64,000 nt of DNA from an uncultured Methanosarcinaceae archaeon (GTDB lineage: Archaea; Halobacteriota; Methanosarcinia; Methanosarcinales; Methanosarcinaceae), in assembly GCA_963847185.1 (NCBI GenBank), contig CAWJYV010000007.1, forward strand, positions 736,001 through 800,000. The letters run 5' to 3'. Shown here in pieces: positions 1 to 9,723 of this stretch. A program made the position numbers and the translations under genes. The notes beneath the pieces were generated by a model, which made no database searches, had not been told where the DNA came from, and saw only the letters and a list, made by a program, of their open reading frames with translations. Each line of letters starts with the position of its first letter. The stretch's first letter is position 1.

Positions 1-210
1 CACTGGTGTACCGGTTGTCTGACAAGGCACCGCCGGGCAGCTACGCGCCAAGGAATAAGAGCTGAATGCATCTAAGCTCGAAATCTGACCTAAAAAGAGA
101 CCTCATTAAGGATTCCGGTAGAAGACCGGTTCGATAGAAACGGGATGTAAGCACCAAGGCAACGAGGTGTTCAGTCCGCGTTCACTAACAATCCGTTCCT
201 TTTCCTCATC
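1..210 (+). rRNA. rrl: 23S rRNA, 3' end (partial)
   Basis: Conserved LSU 3' motifs GCTGAATGCATCTAAG, GATAG...GGGATGTAAGC and CTAAC. The 3' boundary is approximate. Confidence 0.93.
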
Positions 211-287
211 AGGTCCAGGCGAAATCCGGTATGCAGCACATATCCTATACATGACTTTTAGTCTTTCACAAAATCCTCTTTATATGT

Positions 288-416
288 TGAGTGTGGCGGC
301 CATAGCGACAGGGCAACTCCTGTACCCATTCCGAACACAGCAGATAAGCCTGTCCACGTTCCTTACTGTACTGAAGTACGCGAGTCTTCGGGAACTCTGG
401 ATCGCTGCCATACTCA
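288..416 (+). rRNA. rrf: 5S rRNA
   Basis: TGGCGGCCATAGCG...CCCATTCCGAACAC...GATAAGCC...GCTGCCA, with terminal helix TGAGTGTGGC/GCCATACTCA. Confidence 0.96.
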
Positions 417-995
417 CCTATAATACTTTATTCTAAACTTATTCTGAAAATATTATTGGATTACTTTTTGATTGTTTTGTTGGTTAATTACTATTCTCAG
501 AAATTTTTATCTGGCTTCCTCTATTATTTTCTATTCCTCTATTATTTTCTATTATTTTTCCTTTTGAGCCCAATCTTTTTATTATCCAATATTTAAATAG
601 CAAAAAATGAAATTAAGGACTAAAGTACAAAATATGTGTCACTTTTTTGATTATTCTCTCTTCTTTCTTTCCCTTTCTATTGCAGTTCTCAAAAGCAGTT
701 CTCCAAAAATAGAAGATTTTTTACGATCCCCAGGTTATTTAAAAATGTGAAATGATTGATGTCGTAAATTATCATCCTTTCAAGCGAAAAAAGAAGGAAA
801 GGTTACTTCCTCCTGCACAAGTGGGGAAGCAAAAAAGGACTCTAATACTCTAAATCCACGCCATAAATTAGTCTCATTGAGTGAAGCGCAGCATGGCGAA
901 ATAGACACCGTGCTGTTACGATCACATCTCAACTCCCGGAAAATCTCCAATTTCCTGTGATCCCGACGCGGAACTCGGGCGGGAAAGAAAGGGAA

Positions 996-1358
996 TCAGG
1001 CAGAAGAAAGTGCCACAATGGCTTCTGCCAGATCTCCGTTTGAGTTCTTAAGAGCTTTTCGGGCTTCGTCTTCAGAAACACCTGTCTGCTCCATTACAAG
1101 TTTTATATCTTCAGCGGGAATTTCCAGTTCTTTGGGGACTTCTTTTACGTCACCTACTATCTGGTATGTTTCCGAACCCTGAACTTTCATGATAGTAACA
1201 CTTGCATTCTCTATGATGATATTAGAGTCTGCAGTCTTTATGATTACTTCTTGAATATCTTTAAGTTCTTTAACGTCAATTCCCATCTGCTTCATCATTT
1301 GTTTCATTTTAGCCGGGTTCATTCCCCGACCGCCCACGCCTCCCATTCCTGGAAACAT
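996..1358 (-). CDS. nac: Nascent polypeptide-associated complex protein
   Basis: MKQMMKQMGI NAC domain and C-terminal UBA-like EDIKLVMEQTGVS...GDLAEAI. SD AGGAG upstream. Confidence 0.95.
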   Translation of the reverse strand: MFPGMGGVGGRGMNPAKMKQMMKQMGIDVKELKDIQEVIIKTADSNIIIENASVTIMKVQGSETYQIVGDVKEVPKELEIPAEDIKLVMEQTGVSEDEARKALKNSNGDLAEAIVALSSA

Positions 1359-1439
1359 GAATTCTCTTCTCCTTTGTTTTCAATTTTAGTTTGCTTCTTC
1401 AGGTCGGGTTTTTCATACCCTAAGCGCGGTTTTACTTGT

Positions 1440-1757
1440 TTAATGGCATCCGCCACATGGGCCGCATCCACCTGCTGATGGGTTGCGGATCATGAATCCT
1501 TTTCCATTTTCATCTTCAATGAAGTCGATGCTACCCTCTGAAAAGCTTCTTTCAATGTCTTTTGTCATGACGAGTTTGATACCGTTACTTTCCATAGTCA
1601 CGTCTTCTTCTTTTATCTCTTCATCAAAGGCAAGTCCGTACTGAATTCCGCTGCAGGCAACTCCTGCAACAAAGATCCTGAGAGCAAGATCAGGTTTACC
1701 TTCCTGTTCAATCAATGTTTTAAGCTCTGAAGCAGCTTTTTCTGTTACTTCTATCAT
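1440..1757 (-). CDS. HesB/IscA-like Fe-S cluster assembly accessory protein
   Basis: IEVTEKAA...LRIFVAGVACSGIQYGLAFD and Cys-rich tail CGPCGGCH. Confidence 0.88.
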   Translation of the reverse strand: MIEVTEKAASELKTLIEQEGKPDLALRIFVAGVACSGIQYGLAFDEEIKEEDVTMESNGIKLVMTKDIERSFSEGSIDFIEDENGKGFMIRNPSAGGCGPCGGCH

Positions 1758-2047
1758 TCATGCACCTCTTTTGATTTTAAAATTTTGATATCTATCTGCT
1801 TTAATTTTTGCAAGATGCCATCCGTTACAGCTTACAGATAATTTCCAAACATTATATATTCTTCCATCTGGCAGATATAACGTTTATGTAGTATTGGCGC
1901 TTTTTCCCTGAAAAATGCTTTTCAACAGGAATTCATGGGAGAGCAGGATCTGAATTCATTTTTCAAAAGAATTCTATTATTCTGCGAACTATAATTATAT
2001 CTTCTATTTTATATATTTTTCTTCTGATACATTTTCTGACTTCCTAC

Positions 2048-3199
2048 TCACACGAATTCTGCATCTTCATCAATAGGTTCTTCCAGAATCTTTGCGTTAT
2101 AAGCATTGATTTCCACAGAATTACGTTTTCCTTTAACTTCCCATACAGGAATATACACAAGCTCCATTTTGAGTTCAATTTCCTCGGGTTTCGGTTTGAT
2201 ACTCCTGTGTTCATATATAATTGCCTGTCCTTCCAGGTTGTTAAAGCGCATCTCACGTGTATTTTCCTGTATAATTAAATCAATAAGAAGCTTTTCTGCC
2301 AGTTTTTTATCTACATTAGGGCGCTTTAATTCGTATTCTACTGCCGGAATCCTTGTGGGTGTACCAAGACCTTCTACTTCTATTTCTTCCCTTGATTTAT
2401 TTAGTGCGTTGAGAAAACCCTTTCCTTCTGCTACAATGCTTAGAACTTTTGATCTAAACTTTTTTTCAGCCTCAACATTATACTTGTATTTCCAGAAAGG
2501 TACAAATTTCAAAATGACATCCTTGGGATTGCTGAGATAAGGTTTTGCAATGATAAGTACCTGGTCTTTAGAAATCTTTGGTTCTACTGACTGTATATTC
2601 AGCATTTCATAGGAATCGGATTCTGAAACCTCAGCCTGCTCCAGGTTATTTGAATCTCTCTTCATCTCATAGGTGCGTGGAAGATAGTTTGCTTCAAGTG
2701 AAATTACTTCTGCTACTAATGGTTGAGTCTGAAGCGATACGACTCCTCTGCTGAAATAAGAGTCCTGTACAACTTCTTCTTCTGCTTTCCGGCTTTCTAT
2801 ATACAGCTCCGAAGCTGGTTCTCCAAGTAGATTCAGTGTTTCATTTGTTTTCGATATTTCAGGCTCAGAATAACAGTTACTTTTCTGCTCCATATTTACG
2901 AGAACTGCTCTTCCTATTTGAAGGGCTAATTCATCTCTGTCCCATAAATAAATCCCTAGTTCAGTTGCATAGTCAATTATATTTCCAGAAGTTTTCTGGG
3001 TCATCACATAGATTCCTGTACAATCTCCTATCTTTTCAGAAAAGTCTTTTATTTCTTCATAATCTGGCTGCAGGGTACACCTGACATAAGCCTGATGCCC
3101 GTTTTTCTCAACAAGAATATCACACTGGCTGGATATTATGACGTTGTATCCGGATGATTTGAAGATATCAACAAGGATTTCTAAAAGGTCTTGCTTCAT
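2048..3199 (-). CDS. Protein with N-terminal restriction-endonuclease-like (Mrr-type) fold, probably inactive
   Basis: E-x5-F-x3-GY...DILVEK pattern, but the ExK position reads VRCT. Start chosen at ATG 3199 (MKQDLL). Confidence 0.6.
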   Translation of the reverse strand: MKQDLLEILVDIFKSSGYNVIISSQCDILVEKNGHQAYVRCTLQPDYEEIKDFSEKIGDCTGIYVMTQKTSGNIIDYATELGIYLWDRDELALQIGRAVLVNMEQKSNCYSEPEISKTNETLNLLGEPASELYIESRKAEEEVVQDSYFSRGVVSLQTQPLVAEVISLEANYLPRTYEMKRDSNNLEQAEVSESDSYEMLNIQSVEPKISKDQVLIIAKPYLSNPKDVILKFVPFWKYKYNVEAEKKFRSKVLSIVAEGKGFLNALNKSREEIEVEGLGTPTRIPAVEYELKRPNVDKKLAEKLLIDLIIQENTREMRFNNLEGQAIIYEHRSIKPKPEEIELKMELVYIPVWEVKGKRNSVEINAYNAKILEEPIDEDAEFV

Positions 3200-3369
3200 G
3201 AGTCTCACTTTCTTATATTCTGCACAACTAAAATAGTTTATGTTCACACTTAAAATATAATAATTTTGCAACTTATTATACTCAGGGATTTCTCGCAATG
3301 TTTTATGGCGTTTTTAACTCCTTTTTCCAAGCATACAACTATTTAAGAAATCAGTTCCAATCATGTTAT

Positions 3370-5349
3370 ATGAGTGGGATCAGGCTTGGAGGAGAAGCCT
3401 TTTCAACGTACGAAGATGGAATAAAGAAAGAGTGGATCATAGCAAATGGACTTGGAGGATATGCCTCCTCTACACTCATAGGGGCTGGAACAAGGACTTA
3501 TCACGGACTGCTTGTAGCTGCTCCAAAAAATTCGCCCGGAAGAGTTTTGCTACTCTCTTCTCTTGATGAGGAAATTTCTATCAATCAGGAGACTTATCGA
3601 CTTGCAACTCACAAATATCCTGGAACTGTTTATCCTGCAGGCTTCAATTACCTGACCAAATTCATTCTTGCTCCTTTCCCCCTCTGGGTTTATCAAACCG
3701 GGGATTTTACCGTAAAAAAAAAGATCTTTATGATCCATAACAGTAACACAACCTGTATACTATACGATATCAAATCCAGAAAAGAAGGAGCCATATTGAG
3801 AATTTTTCCTCTGGTAAACTCAAGAGATTTCCATTTTACTACTCACTCTACAGGCCTTTCCTTTTCCCAGAAAACTAGTCCTATGGGCACAGATCTGGAA
3901 AGCTCTAACGGTTTTAGTTTCTCGCTTTCATCCAATCTCCAGTACCATCCTGACCCTATGTGGTACTACAATTTTGAGTATGATGCCGAAAAGAAAAGGG
4001 GACTGGTTTTCCAGGAAGACAACTTTAATCCCGGTTATTTCGAAAGTAAACTCAAATTGGGAACTTCCCGCTTTTTTATTGCTGCTTCAACTGAGAATAT
4101 ATCTTCTTTCAATCTTGAAAAAGTTGATGAACTCTATACCAAGGAAGTATATCGGCAGAATCTTCTAGCTTTTAATTCAAGACTTACTGAGCCCTTCGCC
4201 CTTAAGCTTCTCAGGGCAACTGACACTTTTATTATCAAAAATCCCGCTTCAGGTGACACGACTATGATTGCGGGATACCACTGGTTTGCTGACTGGGGGC
4301 GGGACACAATGATTTCTCTGCCTGGTCTTCTTTTAATTCCCCGTCGCTTTGAGGAGGCTAAGTATATTCTCAAAAATTTTGCCAGGCACTGCAGGAAAGG
4401 TTTAATCCCAAATGCTTTCCTGTCTCTAGGAGAAGACCCAATTTACAATACAGTGGATGCTTCCCTATGGTTTATTCATGCCGCTGGCCGTTATTTCGCA
4501 TATACAAAAGATTTACTGTTTCTCTCGGATATCTGGGATACCATAGATAGTATCATAGATAATTATCATAAAGGTACAGATTTTGGAATTGGTATGGATT
4601 CTGACTGTCTTATTCATCAGGGACCTCAACTAACATGGATGGATGCTAAAATAGGGGATTTGGCGGTCACTCCAAGAGCAGGTAAAGCCTGTGAGATAAA
4701 TGCTCTCTGGTATAATGCCCTGAAAACTGCCTCCAATTTGGGAATTCTTCTCGGCAAAGACATTTCTCCATATGAAACTCTTGCAGCCAGCGTTGCCTCA
4801 AATTTTGAGAATGTTTTCTGGAACCCTGAGGCTAACTGCCTCTTTGATCTGGTATCTCAGGACAAAGCAGGAAACTTGATTAAAGATCCTGCAATCCGCC
4901 CCAATCAAATCTTTGCAGTAGCACTTCCTTATACTATGCTTTCTCCTGAAAAAGAAAAAGCTATTGTCGATAGAGTTGAAAAAGATCTTCTCACACCCTT
5001 TGGGCTCAGGACTCTCTCATGTGATTATCCCTCTTATGTAGGACAGTATCAGGGGGACCCTAAAGCCAGAGATTCAGCTTATCACAATGGGACTGTCTGG
5101 CCCTGGCTTCTTGGGGCATATGTAAAAGCTTACAGGAAAGTTAACAATTATTCAAAAAAGAGTCTTGAAGACATGAGGGCCCTTCTCCAGGGCTTTGATA
5201 AGCATCTTGAAACTGCAGGTATTGGTACTATTTCCGAGGTATTTGATGGGGATTATCCTTATTCTCCTGGAGGCTGCATTTCCCAGGCCTGGAGTGTTGC
5301 GGAAATTCTCAGGGCATATGTAGAGGATGTGCTTGGGACCAAACCCTGA
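3370..5349 (+). CDS. Glycogen debranching enzyme (amylo-alpha-1,6-glucosidase family)
   Basis: EWIIANGLGGYAS, AGYHWFADWGRDTMISLPG, LTWMDAK, YHNGTVWPW and QAWSVAE motifs. Start at MSGIRL. Confidence 0.93.
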   Translation: MSGIRLGGEAFSTYEDGIKKEWIIANGLGGYASSTLIGAGTRTYHGLLVAAPKNSPGRVLLLSSLDEEISINQETYRLATHKYPGTVYPAGFNYLTKFILAPFPLWVYQTGDFTVKKKIFMIHNSNTTCILYDIKSRKEGAILRIFPLVNSRDFHFTTHSTGLSFSQKTSPMGTDLESSNGFSFSLSSNLQYHPDPMWYYNFEYDAEKKRGLVFQEDNFNPGYFESKLKLGTSRFFIAASTENISSFNLEKVDELYTKEVYRQNLLAFNSRLTEPFALKLLRATDTFIIKNPASGDTTMIAGYHWFADWGRDTMISLPGLLLIPRRFEEAKYILKNFARHCRKGLIPNAFLSLGEDPIYNTVDASLWFIHAAGRYFAYTKDLLFLSDIWDTIDSIIDNYHKGTDFGIGMDSDCLIHQGPQLTWMDAKIGDLAVTPRAGKACEINALWYNALKTASNLGILLGKDISPYETLAASVASNFENVFWNPEANCLFDLVSQDKAGNLIKDPAIRPNQIFAVALPYTMLSPEKEKAIVDRVEKDLLTPFGLRTLSCDYPSYVGQYQGDPKARDSAYHNGTVWPWLLGAYVKAYRKVNNYSKKSLEDMRALLQGFDKHLETAGIGTISEVFDGDYPYSPGGCISQAWSVAEILRAYVEDVLGTKP

Positions 5350-5420
5350 AAGAAATATTTTTTCTGCAGCTTTTTTCCTGTTCCCTCTCTTTTTTATACT
5401 AGTTTGTCAATCTACCTCCC

Positions 5421-5783
5421 ATGATTGATTTTAATAGCCTAAAATACGAAAACGGGCTTATTCTTGCTGTTGTTCAGGACCAGGGCAGCAAAGAGGTACT
5501 GATGTGTGCCTATATGAATCAGGAAGCTCTTGAAAAAACTGTAGAATCCGGAATTACTCATTTCTGGAGCCGAAGCCGACAAAGTCTCTGGAAAAAAGGG
5601 GAAACATCAGGGCATTTGCAAAAAGTAAAGGAAATCAGGATTGACTGTGATCTGGATTCTCTTCTTCTTCTGGTAGAACAGGTCGGAGGAGCCTGTCATA
5701 TGGGATATAGATCATGTTTTTACCGAAATCTTGACGGAGAGGTTGTGGGAGAGAAGGTTTTCGAACCGGATGATGTCTACTAA
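5421..5783 (+). CDS. hisI: Phosphoribosyl-AMP cyclohydrolase
   Basis: FWSRSR...[15 protein letters not shown] and [10 protein letters not shown] motifs. Confidence 0.96.
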   Translation: MIDFNSLKYENGLILAVVQDQGSKEVLMCAYMNQEALEKTVESGITHFWSRSRQSLWKKGETSGHLQKVKEIRIDCDLDSLLLLVEQVGGACHMGYRSCFYRNLDGEVVGEKVFEPDDVY

Positions 5784-5951
5784 ACTTGGGATAACTAATA
5801 CACTTTTCAGATTTACTTCGATTGGACCTTACTTCGATTAACAATAAAATTAGTCAAGAAAACAAATATTCAATATAGTAAAATTACTTTTACCATTTTT
5901 TTCATTGGTGTAACAAGTCAGCTTCCTTTTTGTTTCTAAGAGATACATTGG

Positions 5952-6437
5952 TCATATCTCAAAGTTAACCTTCAATACCTCACATTGTGGCATATTTTTA
6001 ATTTGTACTCCCTCCAGTGTTCCTGTTATCTCCAGACTATCAAACTCATTTGAACCGCAAAGTACGTCTTGGTTCGGGTGCGTGCCAGGAGTGATATTGC
6101 AGTTTAGAACAGTCTTTTTTCCAGCCGACACTACAATTGGAAGCCTTGGTGATGCAGGATGGTTCTTTGGAAGAACTATTAATGGTGATCTGATTTCCCG
6201 AACCATGAAGAGAACGCATTTAAGTCCTTTTTCAGTTCTCTCATCCACCGAAAGCGCAGAAGCAACGATAAGGTCATGGGGTTCCAGTCCGAGTACAATC
6301 TCTTCAGTTTCAGTTTCCAGAAAGAACTGTCCATGCGGACCTACTTTCACAATAGCCACTGTTCCTGCCTTCCCGCGCAGAAAAAGTATTTCACTTTCTT
6401 TCAGTGAAATGTCTTTAGAATAGACTGGTTTTTTCAT
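5952..6437 (-). CDS. Hypothetical protein
   Basis: 161-aa ORF with normal composition, 32 nt downstream of the small zinc-ribbon ORF. Confidence 0.7.
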   Translation of the reverse strand: MKKPVYSKDISLKESEILFLRGKAGTVAIVKVGPHGQFFLETETEEIVLGLEPHDLIVASALSVDERTEKGLKCVLFMVREIRSPLIVLPKNHPASPRLPIVVSAGKKTVLNCNITPGTHPNQDVLCGSNEFDSLEITGTLEGVQIKNMPQCEVLKVNFEI

Positions 6438-6469
6438 GTTAAAAATAAGTATCTATAAAATCCAGTTGA

Positions 6470-6628
6470 TTATTTGGATTCTTCTACATTTTTAGACTGA
6501 CAGGAAGGACATTTCACATTCTTGCCAATTCCTTTGAATTTATTCCCACAATTTTTGCATACGTAATGTTTAACCGGTAACTTTCCTTCCATATCGATAT
6601 CAAAAGAGTCTCCAACGCTACACATCAT
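6470..6628 (-). CDS. Small zinc-ribbon protein (52 aa), not in ORF track
   Basis: Manual translation MMCSVGDSFDIDMEGKLPVKHYVCKNCGNKFKGIGKNVKCPSCQSKNVEESK has two CxxC motifs. Strong SD GAGGTGA immediately upstream. Confidence 0.85.
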   Translation of the reverse strand: MMCSVGDSFDIDMEGKLPVKHYVCKNCGNKFKGIGKNVKCPSCQSKNVEESK

Positions 6629-6959
6629 TATCACCTCACAGCTTTATCAAAGGGCTTACAATAATTATATAGCCCACATATTATTACTCATACTTCTCCA
6701 ATTAATACCTTTCCATATTTGTCCCCCGGCAATTTTTGACCTTATTTCTCCCATCAGGATACTTTACCACAAAGGCATTATAATAATGAATTACTTTTCA
6801 TTAATCTGTTTTACCCAATTAATTGTGAAGAGTTGGCCGTTGCAATTTTGACTTCAAAAAGTAATAATTATTTGAAAAGTAATAATTATTTGAGACGCAC
6901 TGATCGCATTATCTATTTTTTCTGATTTTTTCCTTTGCTGTTCGGTGTGAATACAATTC

Positions 6960-7106
6960 TTATTTCTCTCTATGCACTTTAATTATCCCTTTCATAAATT
7001 GTTTATAAATGCCACAGTATGATTTATCCAAATCTTTTGTGCAGGTGTATGAATCATCTCGATAAGCGGCACATTTTGAAGCGTACTCGCATTTGGTAAA
7101 GAACAC
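6960..7106 (-). CDS. Small Cys-rich protein (48 aa, GTG start), not in ORF track
   Basis: MFFTKCEYASKCAAYRDDSYTCTKDLDKSYCGIYKQFMKGIIKVHREK, with 4 Cys. SD-like AGAGGG 6 nt before the GTG. Confidence 0.65.
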   Translation of the reverse strand: MFFTKCEYASKCAAYRDDSYTCTKDLDKSYCGIYKQFMKGIIKVHREK

Positions 7107-7253
7107 AGTTGTCCCTCTTCAAGCGTTTTGTTGACTGGTTTTTCTGCTCAGTGCAAACCCGGTAAGGCATCTTAACTCTCTGCTTATGAACTGTCCAGTA
7201 CTTCTTTCTCGCCGATACCACTACCAAAAGTAGTCTTAAAGTATGACACATCC

Positions 7254-7326
7254 CATACACAACTGGTTTAGATTCTAATTGAGAGTCTAAAGCGCAATAC
7301 GACAATATTTGCAAACTAGTGGTATG
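7254..7326 (+). ncRNA. Candidate structured RNA (multibranch stem-loop)
   Basis: Outer stem CATAC..ACTGGTTT/AAACTAGT..GTATG encloses AGATTCT/AGAGTCT and GCAATA/TATTTGC hairpins. Non-WC pairs are G-U on the + strand. Confidence 0.45.
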
Positions 7327-7403
7327 TAAAATTGATAAGAATTCAAAATATTAGGTCATGAATGGAATATCAAGAAATAGAAGATTTTAAGATCAGCTAA
7401 GAA

Positions 7404-7490
7404 GTAGATGGTAGGGATTTGAGTCCCTATTCTCAAGCCCTACCTGCGATCCAACCCAATGATTAAGAGGAAACCCTATTACTCTTAATC
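7404..7490 (+). ncRNA. Candidate sRNA: twin hairpins with identical CCCUAUU loops
   Basis: Stems GGTAGGG-A-TTTGAG/CTCAAG-CCCTACC and GATTAAGAG/CTCTTAATC. TATA-like TTTTAAGA at 7385-7392. Confidence 0.55.
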
Positions 7491-7797
7491 TGAACATATA
7501 TAAGAGCACGATTATATATATCATGACCGATACGAAAGATTGTTTCTGATTTCAAATTCCAATATAATTAAAAAAATATATTATTTTGAAAATTTTAATG
7601 GCTTTGAAAACATTTTAGTAATCATACATATCTGTCAAGCAAAAATCTATATCAATAACTGATTTTGGGTGGGCTGGATAGTAACTCATTTTTTTGCATC
7701 TTTTTGTCACCAAATTGTATTGCAAAGTGAGATGTATACACACTATTGGGTAATTGAAGAGTTATATTATATACCTTCTGGCTCTATATCCCTTTAT

Positions 7798-9723
7798 ATG
7801 GTTGAAGAGAAACGGATATGGAGGATCGTCCCGGATACGAGCGTAATTATTGATGGGCGGCTTTCGTCCCGAATCAAAAACGGTGAATTCGGGAAAGCTG
7901 AGGTTATAATTCCCGAAGCTGTAGTCTCGGAACTTGAAGCCCAGGCAAACAGGGGTAGAGAAATAGGTTTCAAAGGGCTTGAGGAGCTTTCGGAACTTCG
8001 CAAATTGGCAGACAGGGGGGAAATTCAACTCAGATTCAGCGGGGTTCAGCCTACTCTTGAAGAGATTAAATTCTCTAAAGAAGGCAGAGTAGATGCTCTT
8101 ATTCGAAATACTGCTATTGAGGTCGGCGGGCTATTTTTAAGTGAAGATAGAGTCCAGTCTCTTATAGCCAAAGCAAAAGGACTCGAAGTCGAGTATATTT
8201 ATCCCAAAGTTCTGGATCCTTCGGAATTTAGATCTCTCAAAATAGAGCATTTTTTTACTGATGATACGATGTCCGTACACCTCAAAAATAACGTACTGCC
8301 TATGGCCAAAAAGGGGCCTGTAGGGAATGTGCGTTATGTGAGTATCCGTGAAGAGCCTGCTACTTCTTCGGAACTTTCCAGTATCTCAAGAGAACTTATT
8401 GAGAGGGCAAGGCTGGATCCCGAGTCTTTCATTGAAATGTCTTCAAGTGGAGCTACTGTCCTGCAGATCCGGAATATGAGAATTGCGATTGCTCACCCGC
8501 CTTTTTCTGATGATATGGAAATTACAGCTGTCAGGCCAACTGTAGTTGTGGATCTTGAGCATTATCGTCTCAATGACAAATTAAAAGAACGTATTGTAAG
8601 CCAGCGGGGTATTCTCATTGCAGGACCTCCAGGTGCGGGGAAATCCACTTTTGCTGCAGGGGTCGCCCGTTACCTTAATGATCACGGGCAGGTTGTCAAA
8701 ACCATGGAATCTCCAAGAGATCTGCAGGTACCTCCTGAGATTACCCAGTATTCACCCCTTAATGGCAGGATGGAAGACACAGCAGATCTTTTGCTTCTCG
8801 TCAGGCCTGATTATACTATTTATGATGAGGTCCGGAAAACCAACGACTTCCTTATTTTTGCAGATATGCGCCTGGCAGGAGTGGGAATGATAGGTGTAGT
8901 GCATGCAACAAGGGCAGTAGATGCTATCCAGCGCCTGATAGGAAGGGTTGAACTGGGCGTGATTCCCCAGGTGGTGGATACTGTCATTTTCATTGATAAA
9001 GGGGAAGTTGCAAAGGTTCTGGTGCTTGCATTTACGGTAAAAGTTCCTCATGGAATGACTGAACAGGATCTTGCAAGACCTGTGATTACTATTGCAGATT
9101 TTGAGACCGGCAAACTCGAATATGAGATCTACACCTATGGAGAGCAGGTTGTGGTTATGCCAATAGGGGCTTCACGGGAGGGAAGGAAACCTGCGTGGAG
9201 GCTTGCCGAAGAAGAAATCCGAAGCGTTATTGGCGGGTATGCATCAGGTCCGATTGAGGTTGAATTAACATCTGATGACAGTACGATTGTAAAAGTCCGG
9301 AAAGACGAAATGCGAAAAGTCATCGGCAAGGGTGGAAACGTTATCGACAGGATCGAAAACACTCTGGGAATTCGTATAGATGTCAGGGAGATAGAGGAAG
9401 AAGCTCCAAGAGCTGCAAAGGGTCGCAAGTATGGAGCCGAAAGTAGAGCCTCTCCGCAAAAACCCAGGCCCTCTGAGTTTGAACCGGAAGTTACTGCCTC
9501 TTCCGGTCATCCTCTTATTGAAATAAATAAAAAACATCTTATTATAGGAGCTCCAGAATTTTCAGGAAAGGACGTGGAGATCTTCATTGAAGATAAATAT
9601 CTTTTCAGTGCAACTGTAAGCCGACACGGAGAAGTAAAACTCCGAGTAAACTCGGACCTTGCATCCGATATCATTGAAGCTCAGGATAGAGGAGAATTAA
9701 TTGAGATTCGACTGATCACCTGA
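7798..9723 (+). CDS. PIN-domain ATPase with KH domain (PINc/VapC family ATPase)
   Basis: IVPDTSVII PIN motif, Walker A GPPGAGKST, YDEVR, and KH motif VIGKGG. Start at MVEEK. Confidence 0.92.
   Translation: MVEEKRIWRIVPDTSVIIDGRLSSRIKNGEFGKAEVIIPEAVVSELEAQANRGREIGFKGLEELSELRKLADRGEIQLRFSGVQPTLEEIKFSKEGRVDALIRNTAIEVGGLFLSEDRVQSLIAKAKGLEVEYIYPKVLDPSEFRSLKIEHFFTDDTMSVHLKNNVLPMAKKGPVGNVRYVSIREEPATSSELSSISRELIERARLDPESFIEMSSSGATVLQIRNMRIAIAHPPFSDDMEITAVRPTVVVDLEHYRLNDKLKERIVSQRGILIAGPPGAGKSTFAAGVARYLNDHGQVVKTMESPRDLQVPPEITQYSPLNGRMEDTADLLLLVRPDYTIYDEVRKTNDFLIFADMRLAGVGMIGVVHATRAVDAIQRLIGRVELGVIPQVVDTVIFIDKGEVAKVLVLAFTVKVPHGMTEQDLARPVITIADFETGKLEYEIYTYGEQVVVMPIGASREGRKPAWRLAEEEIRSVIGGYASGPIEVELTSDDSTIVKVRKDEMRKVIGKGGNVIDRIENTLGIRIDVREIEEEAPRAAKGRKYGAESRASPQKPRPSEFEPEVTASSGHPLIEINKKHLIIGAPEFSGKDVEIFIEDKYLFSATVSRHGEVKLRVNSDLASDIIEAQDRGELIEIRLIT

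Noticed and set aside
167-436. 89-aa ORF
   Set aside because: Overlaps the 23S and 5S rRNA genes, so it is spurious.
417-700. tRNA downstream of the 5S rRNA
   Set aside because: No cloverleaf or T-loop motif, only AT-rich terminator-like sequence.
1359-1439. Open frame VKPRLGYEKPD... between the hesB-like gene and nac as a deleted-gene remnant
   Set aside because: Too short, and I cannot assign any homology.
7054-7314. 86-aa tracked ORF
   Set aside because: No SD or motif. A better SD-supported Cys-rich ORF lies in another frame, and the rest overlaps an RNA structure.
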